Shown: positions 39,201-52,581 of the stretch, piece by piece
How positions within the stretch are numbered: position 1 is the stretch's first letter
Layout of the letters: every line of letters begins with the position of its first letter
From: Malacoraja senta
Taxonomy: Eukaryota
NCBI GenBank assembly: GCA_038087875.1
Contig: CM075989.1
Coordinates: 744,001 to 808,000, forward strand
DNA: 64,000 nt
Direction: 5' to 3'
The notes under the pieces: generated by a model
The model's input: the letters and a program-made list of their open reading frames with translations, nothing else
What the model was told of the DNA's origin: nothing
The model's database searches: none
Program-made: the position numbers and the translations under genes

Positions 39201-41261
39201 CACTGCCGTGCGGATACTGGACTTTGTCTGTGGAAATGGTGTATTATGTAACTGAGAACTACATTTTGCACATTGTATAATTCCCTTTGCTCTACTTATT
39301 CTACATGAGTTTGTCTTCATTGCATTTATAGCATTATCTGATCTGATTGGAAAATTGGCATGCAAAACAAAGCTTTTCACTGTAGCTCCATATATGTGAT
39401 AATAATGAACCTAACCCTAAACCTGTCATAAAGTTACATACAGTACATCAATCAGGTCGCCCCCCAGTGTCCCAGAGATAACAATTCAAGTTTACCCATC
39501 TATGGCTAATACTTTCTAATTCAGGCAATTTTCTGATGAACCTCTTCTTCACCTCTCCAAAGCCTCCACATCCTCCCTGTAATACAGATGATAATCCCAA
39601 TGTGGCCTAAACAAATAAAACTGCAACATGACTTGCTCACTCATATACTCAATGCCCCAACTGATGAAGGCAAGCATACAATATCATAATCATAATAATA
39701 CTTTATTAGCCAAGTATGTTTTGCAACATACGAGGAATTTGATTTGCCATACAGTCATACCAATAAAAAGCAACAAAACAAACAAAATACATTTTAACAT
39801 AAACATCCACCACAGCGACTCCTCCACATTCCTCACTGTGATGGAAACGAAAAAAATCTCTTCCCTTCTTTGTTCTCGAGGTCGGGGGCCTCGAGCCTTC
39901 CGTTGTCGGGGGAATCTTGGCTCCAGCAGTCGGCGGTCGAGCCCTCGGCATCAGGGCGACTAAGCTCTCACATCGGGGGGGATCTCAGCCCCCCTGCGCC
40001 AGGCGATCGGACCCCGGGTCAGGGCTGGTCGAACCTTCTGCGATTTTGGAGCTTCCTGACATCAGTCTCTACCCAAGACTGCGAGCTTCTATATGTTGAC
40101 AGCCACAGGCCGTGTGTGGGAGCATCGATCCCATGCAAGGGATCGCAGGCTCTGATGGTAAGTCCACGGCCCCGCGGTAGGGCTTGAAGTCAGTCTTGAG
40201 CAAGGCCGCTAGCTCCATGATGTTAGGCCGCAGAGCGACCGGAGATACAATCCGGAAAACAATCGCATCTCCGGCAAGGTAAGAGACAAAAAAAAGTTTC
40301 CCCCGACCCCCCCCCACCCACATAAAACAAACCAGAGAACATTAACAAATACTTTAAAAACACACAAAAAATAACAAAAAAGATGAAAAGACAGACAGAC
40401 CGTTGGCGAGGCTGCCATCTCTGATGAATATGCCTTCTTTACCACTCTATCTACTTGTGTCGGCTCTTTAAGTGAGTTATTGCCAGAGACCACATGATTC
40501 CTCTGTCCATCAATGCTGTTAAGGTTATTGCCATTAACTGTATACTTTCCCTTCATATTCGACCTCCCAACGAACCACACTTCACACTTGATTAAACTCA
40601 ACCTGCCATTCCCACCCATATCTGCAGCTAATCAGTTATTACATTGTATATTTTGACCACCTTCCTCACTGTTCGCAACTCCACCAATTGTTTGAAAGAC
40701 ATTTGGACAAGTACATGGACAGGGAAGTGTTATCAGAACGTGGGTCAAATGCAGGTGAATAGTATTGGCATTAGAGGGCATCATAGATGAGATGGGCTGA
40801 AGGGCCTAAATTAGCACTATATAACTCCTTGAATCTCTGTGTTTAGTATAATTTAGGAAATAATTGGGGGCAAAGGACTGCTATATTTAGCAAAGACTCA
40901 AAATAAGCCAAATTTCATAAAGAAACATGAGAAATACGATGAGGTTATAGCTTACCATGTGTACCAATAACGTGGTTTAAATGTTCAAACTGCATAGACA
41001 ACATTTTGTGAACGGACACATTACATGAAGCCTGCAAATATTGTTATCATCATATAGAATGGCCCACATACGGATTCGCTGGTCCCAATCAGTGGGAACA
41101 GTTCTAACAAGTAAATTCTGCAATAATTACACTCTGCTTCAATAATGTTGAAATGTTGCTTCCTCTGGGATCAGATTCAATGTATTCAGTCATAACGTGT
41201 AGAGAGCAACGAAGCATTTCAAATTGGTCTACACAGTTCATCATTAGTACCAGACTCTTAC

Positions 41262-41331
41262 CTGGAACCCCCAACATTGCCAGAACAAGATAATAAATTC
41301 CATACACTTGACCGTTCACTTGTCCGTGCAT
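41262..41331 (-). CDS. GPR139-like GPCR copy 1, exon 1 (MHGQVNGQVYGIYYLVLAMLGVP)
   Basis: ATG, 70 nt, CCAG|GTAAGA donor; supplies first half of TM1 in frame with exon 2; paralogous exon at 63116-63185. Confidence 0.88.
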
Positions 41332-41374
41332 TTTATTTCACGATGTAGACGTGATCTTCATCTGCAATGCTGAA

Positions 41375-41490
41375 TGTTCAAATATATAATTGTTCAAAGC
41401 CCCGGGAGAGACAATTAGATTGCATCATCCATGAAGCAAACTGATTGGATGACATCACCATTATGTCAGTTCTACTCATTAAAAGGAAGA
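41375..41490 (-). promoter_or_regulatory. Proximal promoter of GPCR copy 1: TATA, O/E-like plus homeodomain pair, CCAAT, CRE-like, extended homeodomain site
   Basis: TATATA ~41382-41388; CCCCGGGAGA 41400-41409; CAATTAG 41412-41418; ATTGG 41444-41448; TGACATCA 41450-41457; CTCATTAAAAG 41475-41485. Confidence 0.65.
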
Positions 41491-41544
41491 AATTATATCA
41501 TCTGCTGTCCGTGTGTTTTTCTTTGTCTGCAGTATTTCATAGAA

Positions 41545-42155
41545 TAAATACATCACAGGAAGGTCCCTTCAACCCACAATGTTTGTGCTGAACATAATAA
41601 CGAGTTGAGCTGATCTCCTCTGCCTGCACGTGATCCATATCACTCTATTCCCTGCACTTCCATGTGCTTATCTAAATGCCTCTTAAAATGTTGCAATTGT
41701 ATCTGCACCACCACTCCTGGTGATGCGTTCCACGCCCCCACTACTATCTGTTTAAAACAATTTCCCCGCACATCCCCATTAAACATTCCCCCTCTCACAA
41801 TATACCTATGCCTACTAGTGTTGGACATTTCCACTCTGGGAAAAAGGTTCTGACTCTCTGCCCTATCTCTGCTTCACATAATTTTATATACTTCAATCAA
41901 GATGTATGCTTCATTACGTCTATCCAACCTTTCCTTGTAGCTGAAACTCTCTAATCCTGGCAGAATTGTGGTAAATGTCGCAGCCATCCTCTCCAAAGCC
42001 TCAATATCTTTCCTGTACTTGGGCGACCATAACTGCACACAATACTCCAAATGTAATCTAACCAAAGTCCTATAGAGCTGCTTTATGACTTCCGGACTCT
42101 TTTATTCAATGCCCCTACCAGTGAAGGCAAACATACCATACCTTCTTTACCTCCC
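41545..42155 (-). mobile_element. Old CR1 3' fragment
   Basis: VRLHLEYCVQLWSP and FKRHLDKHM motifs. Confidence 0.8.
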
Positions 42156-42158
42156 TAT

Positions 42159-42981
42159 TGTGCAAAGTACTATTGATACAGAGTCATTATATATCATAAC
42201 AAGTACTTTAATTAGAATACATACAGAGACCATCGAAATGAGTACTGTAGGCTCAAATTCATAAGTTGAACTGCCTAACCAACATGGCTGCCCACATGCC
42301 ACTTGGTGGTGGTGGTGTGGAAACCCGACATGGATTATGGATCAGGTCATCAGCAGCAAAACCAGACACAGATCATATCAGCAATACTGTTTGATCTACA
42401 TCCCTCCTCTTAGGCTTCTTTTTTTTCAGAGCAAACATAAAGCATGCAGAAGTAATATGTATATAAAGTTGTAGAATTAACTATAATCTACAGCAAAACA
42501 ATGGAGGATATATTGTAAGTAATATAAGTAACGTCAGTTATAGTTCAAGATCTGCCTCTCGACACAAGTCGCTGAGCCGGCGAACCGAGTGGGGATCACG
42601 TGGAATGTTGCGGAGATTGAGAAGATCCAAAAACAAGTCCCTGCTGGACTCTCCATGAGCTCCTTTGCACTGCGGACAGCTCGCTCAGCCAGCCTGTTCG
42701 ACTTTAGACCCAAAGGTGCGACCTGTGGTTCGTCCTGCTCAGCATATACCTATGCCGTGAGACTGGTCAAAGCCGAACTGGACAGGATGGTGAGATTGGG
42801 GTCATCAAGTACGTTACAGAACCCACGCCTCCAGTTGGAGTGCAGCCGGAATCACTGCCTTGTGGCCCTTTATGATAACCCCACCTTCAATGGCCAGTTC
42901 GCCTCAGTCATCGATCACGGATGGCCTGGCAAGCAGCATTTGCTTCCGCTTGCTGTTCGGCCTTACCTTTCTGTCCAAGAC
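42159..42981 (-). mobile_element. Gypsy-type LTR retrotransposon 3' remnant (pol/integrase pieces, PPT, 242-bp LTR)
   Basis: PPT AAGAGGAGGGA next to TG...CA (42400 down to 42159); DLLNLRNIPRDP and ELAIEGGVIIKGHKAVIP. Confidence 0.75.
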
Positions 42982-42987
42982 TAACAA

Positions 42988-43907
42988 GAGGTAGAAGGTT
43001 CTCAGAGGTTCTCGTAGATTGTAGCAGGTGCTGACAGGTGAATTTCATTTGCTCATTGGAAAAAAAAAGCAGTAGTTTTCAGAATCAAGGAAAACGGCCG
43101 GTAATGTTAAATGTCCACCAAACTTCACAGCCGTGTATCTTTGGCTTCTTAAAAGTTGTCTCCACTCTTTCTCCACACTTCTCCCCCCCTTCTCCACCCC
43201 TCTTCCCCATCTTTTAAAGGACATTGTGCTTTAGCCGTCTTTTTACAGCGCAACCTTCCTGTTCATCGCGGTGTGTGTCTGTATCACCTTGCCTTTGCAC
43301 CGTGTGAATATTTTAGACAGGGCAAGCGGGGGAAGCACTGTCTAAAAAATTCACACGGGCTGGTGAAGGAAGCGATGTGTGTGTGTGTGTTTCACTCTGA
43401 CAATCGCCGTTCCAGTTCACGGTTTTTCAGGCAACTTCTGGCAACTTGACAGTCGCCGGCAATCCGCTGAAAAATTGCCTAAGTGGGACAGGCCCATGAG
43501 GCACCGCTCCGATGCCCGACCCCCGGTTAACTGACCCTCACTTCCCACGGACCCCAGATGGAAACAGAGCACCTGGGCCGGCCCGCATTCCAAGGGGGGG
43601 GCGGGGGGAAGATAGGGGTGGGGGGGGGGAGTTAGCGAAACGCTCCTCGGACATCGCCAAGTCTCCGAATTTCCGCTCTCTCCGGGTGTGTGTGAAAGGG
43701 CAAACCTTCATGATCGTCGCGGTGTGTGACTGTATCACCTTGGCTTTGCACCATGTGAATTTCAGACCGCTTGCCCTGGCCCCCGCCTTTGCGATGTGTT
43801 TGTGTGTGTGTTCCACTCTGACAGTCGCCGTTCCAGTTCCCAGTTTTTCAGGCGACTGCCCGCAATTTGACAGTTGCCTGAAAAATCACCTAAGTGGGAC
43901 AGGCCCA
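42988..43907. mobile_element. Harbinger-type right-end fragments, two TIR ends in tandem
   Basis: CCTAAGTGGGACAGGCCC at ~43478-43496 and ~43889-43906; homologous to 33550-34058. Confidence 0.75.
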
Positions 43908-45606
43908 TAACACACCCTGACAGACAAACCCTGACACACACACCCTGGCACACACACTCTCTCACACACCCTCACACATACATTCTCACACACATTCTCA
44001 CACTCACACACACTCACACACCCTCACACACTGATACACACTCTCAGACACACTGACACATACTCATACACACACACACACCCTCACCAATCAATTCAAT
44101 AACAATTAGAGGCTAACTGTGTTCATTGTCTGAGTTTGATTGCTGGCTAATACAAATTAGATGCAAATTAAATTGTGTAGCCTACATTTACAATTTGTTT
44201 TGTTAGGTCTACATTTGTGTCTGCTAATGTTCGATTTCAAATGGTTTATTACTGGAAAGGGTGCGTTCGTGTGTGCACGACTGATACGACTCGCATGAAG
44301 TCGCATTTTGCCCAATCCGGCCCGTGACCTAAAATAAGTTTGACACCCCTGGTTAAAAATGAGAGAGGAACAATAGAATAAGAACCTGAGGGACAACATT
44401 TTCACAGAGAGGATGGTGGGTATGTGGAACAAGCTGCCAGGGGAAGTAGGCAGGTAAAATGACCACATTTAAAAAGCATTTGGACAGGTACATGGACAGG
44501 AAAGGTTTAAAGGGATATGGGCCAAATGCGGATAAATGGGACTAGTTTAGATGGGGCATCTTGATCTGCATGAACAAGTTGGGATGAAGGGCCAGTTTCC
44601 ATTCTGTAAGACTATGACACATTGTAGAAAGGATGCTCTGGAGAGGATACAGGGTTGATTTATGAAGATGTTGGCAGGGCTGGAATACTTTTTTCATTTT
44701 GAAGAAAGATTTGATAACTGGGATTGTATTCTCTGCAGCAATGGAGGTGAAGAAAAAACTTAGTTAAGGTGAATAATATTATGAGAATAGGACCTGTTTC
44801 GTTGAACAAAGAGTGTAGGAAGGAACTGCAGACGCTGGTTAAACTTAAGATAGACACAAAAAGCTGGAATAACTCAGCGGGACAGGCAGCATCTCTGGAG
44901 AGAAAGCATGGGTGATGTTCAGGTCGAGACCTTCAGATTGAAGAGGCTGAAAACCAGCCATATAGATGTAAAACACAATGACTGGAGATGTGTGTTATCC
45001 AATTAAGGGCAGAAATCAGAATCATGTGTTCATCTGTATTGATGTGACACCATAATATTACAGAAAAAAAATATTTAATGTGGTGGCACGGTGGCGCAGT
45101 GGCAGAGTGGCTGACCACAGACCCAGATTTGATTCTGACTACGGGTGCTGTCTGTTCAGAATTTGTATATTCTCTCTATGACCACATGGGTTTTCTCCGG
45201 ATATTCCGGTTTCTCCCACATCCGAAAGAAGTGCAGGTTTGTAGGTTAAATGGCTGCTGTATATTGTCCCTGGCGTTGTAGGATAGAATTGTAGGATAGA
45301 ATATGGTAAATTGCTGGTCAGTGTGGACTTGGTGGGCTGAAGGGACTGTTTCTCTCTCTATATATATATATATGTTACATATATATCTTAGTTTAATTGA
45401 ACCATATATTTGATTGAATATGTGGCATTATTTTTGTTTTGTTTCCATAGTCAATTGATTAATTTATTTGTGCAAAACAGTGATGGAAGTCTGATTCCTC
45501 TTGCCATGTTTCTATTTTTTCTCACTCTATTATATATTATATATTATATATTTTATATTGTATAATGTATATTATATATGTTATATATTGCATATTATAT
45601 ATTATA

Positions 45607-48600
45607 CTAGACTAAGTGTGACACGTTGGGTCCCAGCTTCACAGGGGAGGGCTGGTCCCCCAATGCAATATTCCACATCTCCATTAATTCCAATATTGCT
45701 GGTGGGGGGGGGGGGGTGGTTTCTGGAGCACTAGCTTGGGTGTTGTCAGCTAAGGGACTGGTTTCCGGAGGGCTAGTATGGACATTGTGGGCCAAATGGA
45801 TTCTTGGGCTGGCAGCTCAGTCACTCAGGCCTGGCAGGCTGGCAGCTCAGTAACTTAGGCCTGGCCAGCTGGCAGCTCAGAAACTGCCATACATTTTGCC
45901 CAAAACAGGTGACAGAGAGAAGGGGAGAGGGTGGAGAATCAATTTTAGACATTTTCATCTTTTTTTTTACAGCAATGAAGGTGGAAAGTCTATCCTTGCA
46001 TGGATCTCTGGATGGGCTAGCATAGGTGTTGTGGGATGAAGAGACTGGTTTCCAGTGGGCTACTATGGACATTGTGGACTGAATTGATTCTTCGACTCGC
46101 AGTTTAGTGAGTCATGACTGGTGGGCTGGCAGTTCACTAAGTCATGGCTGGTGGGCTGGCACTTCAGTCACTTACAGCTGGTGGGCTGGCAGTTCATTTA
46201 CTCGTGGCTGGTGGGCTGGTAGTTCAGTGACCTATGGCTGGTGGGCTGGCAGTTCACTTACTCATGGCTGATGTGCTGGCATTCCAATCACTCACAGCTG
46301 GTGTGTTTGTAGTTCACTCATTTACCCCTCCTCCCTTCACCCTCCACTCTACTACTTGCCATTCCCTCCCCCCCCCCCACGCATTTGATCTCCCCCCTAT
46401 GCACTATGAGTGGCTCTCCTACAGCACAACTATTCCTGCCTATTAGGTTCCCATTGTGAGGAAGAACACACAGGCATGGCAAGTGGAAAAAGGATTTATT
46501 AAAGTTTAAAATGTGAATGACTTTTAAAACATAACAACAATTTAAATGTTAAAGATGAGATTTATTAGGTTCAGTTTTTTCTAGTTGTGTCTCTTGTTCT
46601 GTTCTGCTGCTCACTGCCTCTTGATATCTCTTTGCTGTTGATCAAAACAGATACAATTTTAATATAGAGAGATTGAGCGGTCAAATTTTAACAAAGAAAA
46701 TCTGAGAATTTACCTCAAAAGCCATCATTGAGTGCAGGCCAGGCAGCAAATCCAATCTCACACCACTTCAAGCGGAGTGCAGGCCAGGCAGCAAATCCAA
46801 TCTCACAGCACTTCAAGCGGAGTGCAGGCCAGCACACACACACACACACACACCCTCCACCTCACGGACACATACACTCACACACACATTCACACTCACA
46901 CAGACTCACACACACATACACTCACACAGACTCACACACAAATACACTCACACAGACTCGCACACACATACACTCATACAGACTCACACACACATATACT
47001 CACACAGACTCACGCACACATACACTCACACAGACTCACACACACGTACACTCACACGGACTCACACACACATACACTCACACAGACTCACGCACACATA
47101 CACTCACACAGACGCACGCACACATACACTCACACAGTCTCATGCACACATACACTCACAGACTCACACACACTACACACACACAGACTCACACACACAT
47201 ACACTCACACAGACTCACACAGACTCACACACACATACACACAGACACACACACATACACACACAGACTCACACACACACTCACACACATACACTCACAC
47301 ACTCACATTCTCCACCTCACACTCACACCCTCCACCTCACACTCACACACACACCTTCCACCTCAAACTCACACTCACACCCTCCACCACACACTCACAC
47401 CCTCCACCTCACACTCACACCCTCCACCTCACACTCACACCCTCCACTTCACACTCACACCCTCCACCTCACACTCACACCCTCCATCTCACACTCACAC
47501 TCACACACACGTAAACACACTCACACTCACAGACTCATACACACACGTGCATACACACACACATACACTCACAGACACACACACACACACACACTCACAC
47601 ACACTCACACACACTCACACATACACTCACACACTCACATCCTCCACCTCACACTCACACCCTCCACTTCACACTCACATTCACACCTTCCACCTCAAAC
47701 TCACACTCGCACCCTCCACCACACACTCACACCCTCCACATCACACTCACACCCTCCACCTCACACTCACACACTCACACACACGTACACACACACTCAC
47801 ACTCACAGACTCATACACACACTTGCATACACACACACATACACTCACAGACGCATGCACACACATTCACAGACTCATACACACACACACACATACTCAC
47901 ACACACATATACACACACATACACACACACACTCACACATAGAAACATAGAAAATAGGTGCATGAGTAGGCCATTCGGCCCTTCGAGCCTGCACCGCCAT
48001 TCAATATGATCATGGCTGATCATACAACTCAGTATCCTGTACCTGTCTTCCCTCCATATCTTCTGATCTCTTTAGCCACAAGGGCCACATCTAACTCCCT
48101 CTTAAATATAGCCAATGAACTGGCCTCAACTACTTTCTGTGGCAGAGAATTCCACAGATTCACCACTCTCTGTATGAATTTTTTTTACTCATCTCGGTCC
48201 TAAAAGACTTCCCCCATATCATTAGACTGTGACCCCCTTGTTCTGGACTTCCCCAACATCGGGAACAATCTTCCTGCATCTAGCCTGTCCAACCCCTTAA
48301 GAATTTTGTAAGTTTCTATAAGATCCCCTCTCAATCTTCTAAATTCTAGCGAGTGCAAGCCGAGTCTATCCAGTCTTTCTTCATATGAAAGTCCTGCCAT
48401 CCCAGGAATCAGTCTGGTGAACCTTCTCTGTGCTCCCTCTATGGCAAGAATGTCTTTCCACATCCACTCACAGACTCATACACATACACACACTCACACT
48501 CACATACACACAGACACACACACACTCACACACACTGATTCACATGCACACTCACACATACTGACTCACACACACACACACACACACACACTCACAGATG

Positions 48601-49404
48601 CATACACACACTCACAGACTTGTGCACACATACACTCACACATACACTCACGGACTCGCACACATTCGCACACACATACACACATACACTCACAGACTCA
48701 TACACATACACACACTCACACTCACACTCAAGACACTCACACAAACACATACACACACTCACTGAATCACACACCATATATATGACAGTAAACTTTCTTG
48801 AATCTACTGATATGGCTGAGCGCGGCCTCTCCACTATGGGGTATCGCCGTTAGCGGCATTTCCGCAATCAGCGTGACCTCTGTACTCACCGGAAATTACG
48901 CATTCAGCGCACATAATGAACGGAAACTTTGGACTAAACACGGTCGGACCTAATAAAGCATTTATTCCTTCCAAACACAGTCGGACCTAATAAAGCATTT
49001 ATTCCTTCCAAACACAGTCGGACCTAATAAAGCATTGCACTTTCAAGCACAGGCAGGGCACCAGGCCAAACAACTCATGGCATTGTCATGAAGGGCTAAC
49101 AAATCATTGATTGCAAGTACATAAAGGGTTAACAAAGCATCATTCATTGCAAACACATTGCTGGCTAACAAATCATTTATTGCAAGCACTTTAAGGGTTA
49201 ACAAATCATCATTCACTGCAAGCACATTATTGGCTAACAAATTTTTATTTTTCATCGATGGCAAAAATCCGCAGGACCTGCTCAGCGGAGGAGGACTGTG
49301 AGTAAGATGGCCAAAAATCACAGCAATACAGGGTAACGTTTTTTCTAAAATCAATAAACAGCGCAGACAGGAAGTGGTCAAGATTACACTTTTAATTATA
49401 TAGA
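45607..49404 (-). mobile_element. Non-autonomous Helitron
   Basis: Minus strand A|TCTATATAATTAAAAG ... imperfect GGGACCC hairpin, TTAGT, CTAG|T; no TSD; AT-rich target. Confidence 0.8.
46832..48775. repeat. (CA)-rich low-complexity expansion with a CR1 3' end (47937-48455, -) inside
   Basis: CACACA, CACTCA and CCCTCCACCTCACACTCACAC repeats. Confidence 0.95.
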
Positions 49405-49546
49405 TATTATATTTTATATATTGCATATATGCATAACAGCATGAATTATAATCTGATTTCCATACATGAATATACTAAGGTTATTCATGTGCTGCACCTG
49501 TTGATCAGAGCCTGGTTCTACTGACGAATGTAATTAGGATTGTAAT

Positions 49547-50045
49547 TTAGACAATAGGTGTAGTAGTAAGCGATTCGGCCCTTCGAGCCAGCAGCACCAT
49601 TCAATGTGATCATGGCTGATCATCCCCAATCAGTACCCGGTTCCTGCCTTCTCCCCATATCCCCTAGCTCTGCTATCTTTAAGAGCCCTATCTACCTCTC
49701 TCTTGAAAGTATCCAGAGAACCAGCCTCCACCACCCTCTGAGGCAGAGAATTCCACAGATTCAAAACTCTCTGTGAGAAAAAGTGTTTCCTCATCTCCGT
49801 TCTAAATGGCTTACCCCTTATTCCTGAACTGTGGTCCCTAAATCTGGACTCCCCCAACATCGGGAACATGTTTACTGCCTCTAGCGTGTCCAAACCATTA
49901 ATAATCTTATATGTTTCAATAAGATGCCCTCTCATCCTTCTAAACTCCAGAGTATAGAAGCCCAGCTGCTACATTCTCTCAGCATATGATAGTCCCGCCA
50001 TCCCGGGAATTAACCTTGTAAACCTATGCTGCACTCCCTCAATAG
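49547..50045 (-). mobile_element. CR1 3' fragment
   Basis: RGHLIETYKI and FRTEMRKHFFSQRV. Confidence 0.88.
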
Positions 50046-50969
50046 CCTAAATTTAGCCTAACCTTATTCATACCTAATCCAATTTAAAGCATAAATGTTG
50101 CATTCAAGTGTAAGTTAAAAGACTCGCTACAGTAAGCACTAGATTGCAAAATTTCAAGCTGAACAACGCAAAAGCTCCCTCCCATAAGAGGGGGGACACC
50201 CCCTCCCACTCCCTCCCCCCCTCCCACTCCCTCCCCCCCTCGGTTGATACGCTCCTTCGGGCTTGGTCGCTGTACTCCCTCACAATTTCTCACTTTCAAC
50301 TCTCACCCATTGTTGGCAGCCGATAGGGCAACAAGGAAAGGGAGTGGCGACCGAAAGCGGCAATTCCCGTGATGTACATTCAGAAAGATGTCCCAACTGG
50401 GACAGAGAGCTGTTGCTGGCCTAAAATGTTATTGACCTTCAACTGTTCTCTCCGAGTGAAATATCCAGAGTGTTCCTTTTCACTGATGAGCTGGTGGGAG
50501 CTTTGACTTAATATCACAATGAGGGTGATGGTTGGAAAAATTGATTAATTCAGGGCTGATAATCATGTTGAAAATTAGGCACACCACACCACTCTCTACA
50601 CAAAATAAGCTGTCCATTATATCCTTTGGTCTGACAATAAGCTGCTGATACATTGCTTTAGTTGGCGCAGCCAGTGGAACACAAGATTTAGATGATCTTC
50701 CCTGTCAGCGAGGTATTGTCTGCAGCTGGTCATGTCTTTAACCTAAGTCTCTCAACTTAAATCTATATCCTCTGGTTCTCGATTCCCCTACTCTGAGTAA
50801 AATACTCTGTATGTAATCACCCAATCACCCAAATTCCCTCCATGATTTTATACACCTACACGACAGAGCCCCTCAACATTAGACTTTAGAGATACAGTCT
50901 CTAACATGCTCCCCAGGGCCTGCCACTTAATTTAAAGACCTTCCCCGGTTTAATTTCCCAAAATGCTAT

Positions 50970-52581
50970 AGGATAATAAATCCCCTGGGCCTGATGGTCT
51001 GCATCCCAGGGTCCTCAGGGAGGTGGCGCTAGAAATAGTGGATGCATTGGTGATCATTTTCCAATGTTCAATAGATTCAGGATCAGTTCCTGTGGATTGG
51101 AGGATAGCTAATGTTATCCCACTTTTCAAGAAAAGTGCGAGAGAGAAAACGGGGAATTACAGACCAGTTAGCCTGACTTCGTTGATGGGAAAGATGCTGG
51201 AGTCAATTAGTAAAGAGGTAATAATGGGGCATTTGGACAGCAGTGAAAGGATTAGTCCAAGTCAACATGGATTTATGAAAGGAAAATCATGCTTGACTGA
51301 TCTTCTGGAATTTTTTGAGGATGTGACAAGTAAAATGGATGAAGGGGAGCCAGTGGATGTAGTGTATCTAGACTTTCAGAAAGCCTTTGATAAGGTCACG
51401 CACTGGAGACTGGTGACTAAAATTAGAGCACATGGTATTGGGGGTAGGGTGTTGACATGGATAGAAAATTGGTTGGCAGGCGGGAAGCAACGAGTAGGAG
51501 TGAACAGGTCCTTTTCAGAATGGCAGGCCGTGGCGAGTGGAGTGCTGCAAGGCTCGATGTTGGGGTCGCAACTGTTTACCATATATATTAATGATTGGGA
51601 AGAGGGAATTAGGAGCAACACGAGCAAGTTTGCGGATGACACAAAGCTGGGTGGCAGTGTGAACTGTGAAGAGGATGTTAGGAGGTTGAAGGGTGACCTG
51701 GACAGGTTGAGTGAGTGGGCAGATATGTGGCAGATGCAGTATAATATAGATAAATGTGAGGTTCCACTTTGGCAGCAAAAACATGGGGGCAGATTATTAT
51801 CTCAATGGGGTTAGGTTAGGTAAGGGGGAGGTGCAGGGAGGTGCAGGGAGGTGCAGGGAGACCTGTGTGTCCTTGTACACCAGTCACTGAAAGTTGGCAT
51901 GCAGGTACAGCAGGCAGTGAAGAAAGCTAATGGAATGTTGGCCATAACAAGATGATTTCAGTATAGGAGTAAAGAGGTTCTTCTGCAGTTGTACAGGCTC
52001 TGGTCAGACCACATCTGGAGTAATTTGTACAGTTTTGGTGTCCTAATTTGAGGAAGGACATCCTTGTGATTGAGGCAGTGCAGCGTAGGTTCACGAGATT
52101 GATCCCTGGGATGGCGGGACTGTCATATGAGGCAAGATTGAAAAGACTAGGCTTTTATTCACTGGAGTTTGGAAGGATGATGGGGATCTTATAGAAACAT
52201 ATACAATTATAAAAGGACTGGACAAGCTAGATGCAGGAAAAATGTTCCCAATGTAGGGCGAGTCCAGAACCAGGGGCCACAGTCTTAGAATAAAGGGGAG
52301 GTCATTTAAGACTGAGGTGAGAAAAAACAATTTCACCCAGAGAGTTGTGAATTTGTGGAATTCCCTGCCACGGAGGGCAGTGGAGGCCAAATCTCTGGAT
52401 GGATTTAAGAGAGAGTTAGATAGAGTTCTAGGGGCTAGTTGAATCAAGGAATATGGGGAGAAGGCAGGCACGGGTTATTGATTGGGGACGATCAGCCATG
52501 GTCACAATGAATGGCGGTGCTGGCTCGAAGGGCTGAATGGCGTCCTCCTGCACCTATTTTCTATGTTTCTACGTTTCTATG
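50970..52581 (+). mobile_element. 5'-truncated CR1
   Basis: NYRPVSLTS, YLDFQKAFD, FADD; (CTATGTTT)n tail; 10-bp triplication GGGAGGTGCA at ~51826-51860. Confidence 0.93.

Noticed and set aside
34424..41331. Assigning the symbol GPR139
   Set aside because: Family-level resemblance only; tandem paralogs with divergent motifs, and orthology cannot be shown here.
27210..45355. tRNA genes
   Set aside because: The tRNA-like heads belong to SINEs and no complete cloverleaf was seen.
46728..48853. His/Thr-rich 404-aa and 260-aa ORFs
   Set aside because: Translation of CA microsatellite, which lacks stop codons.
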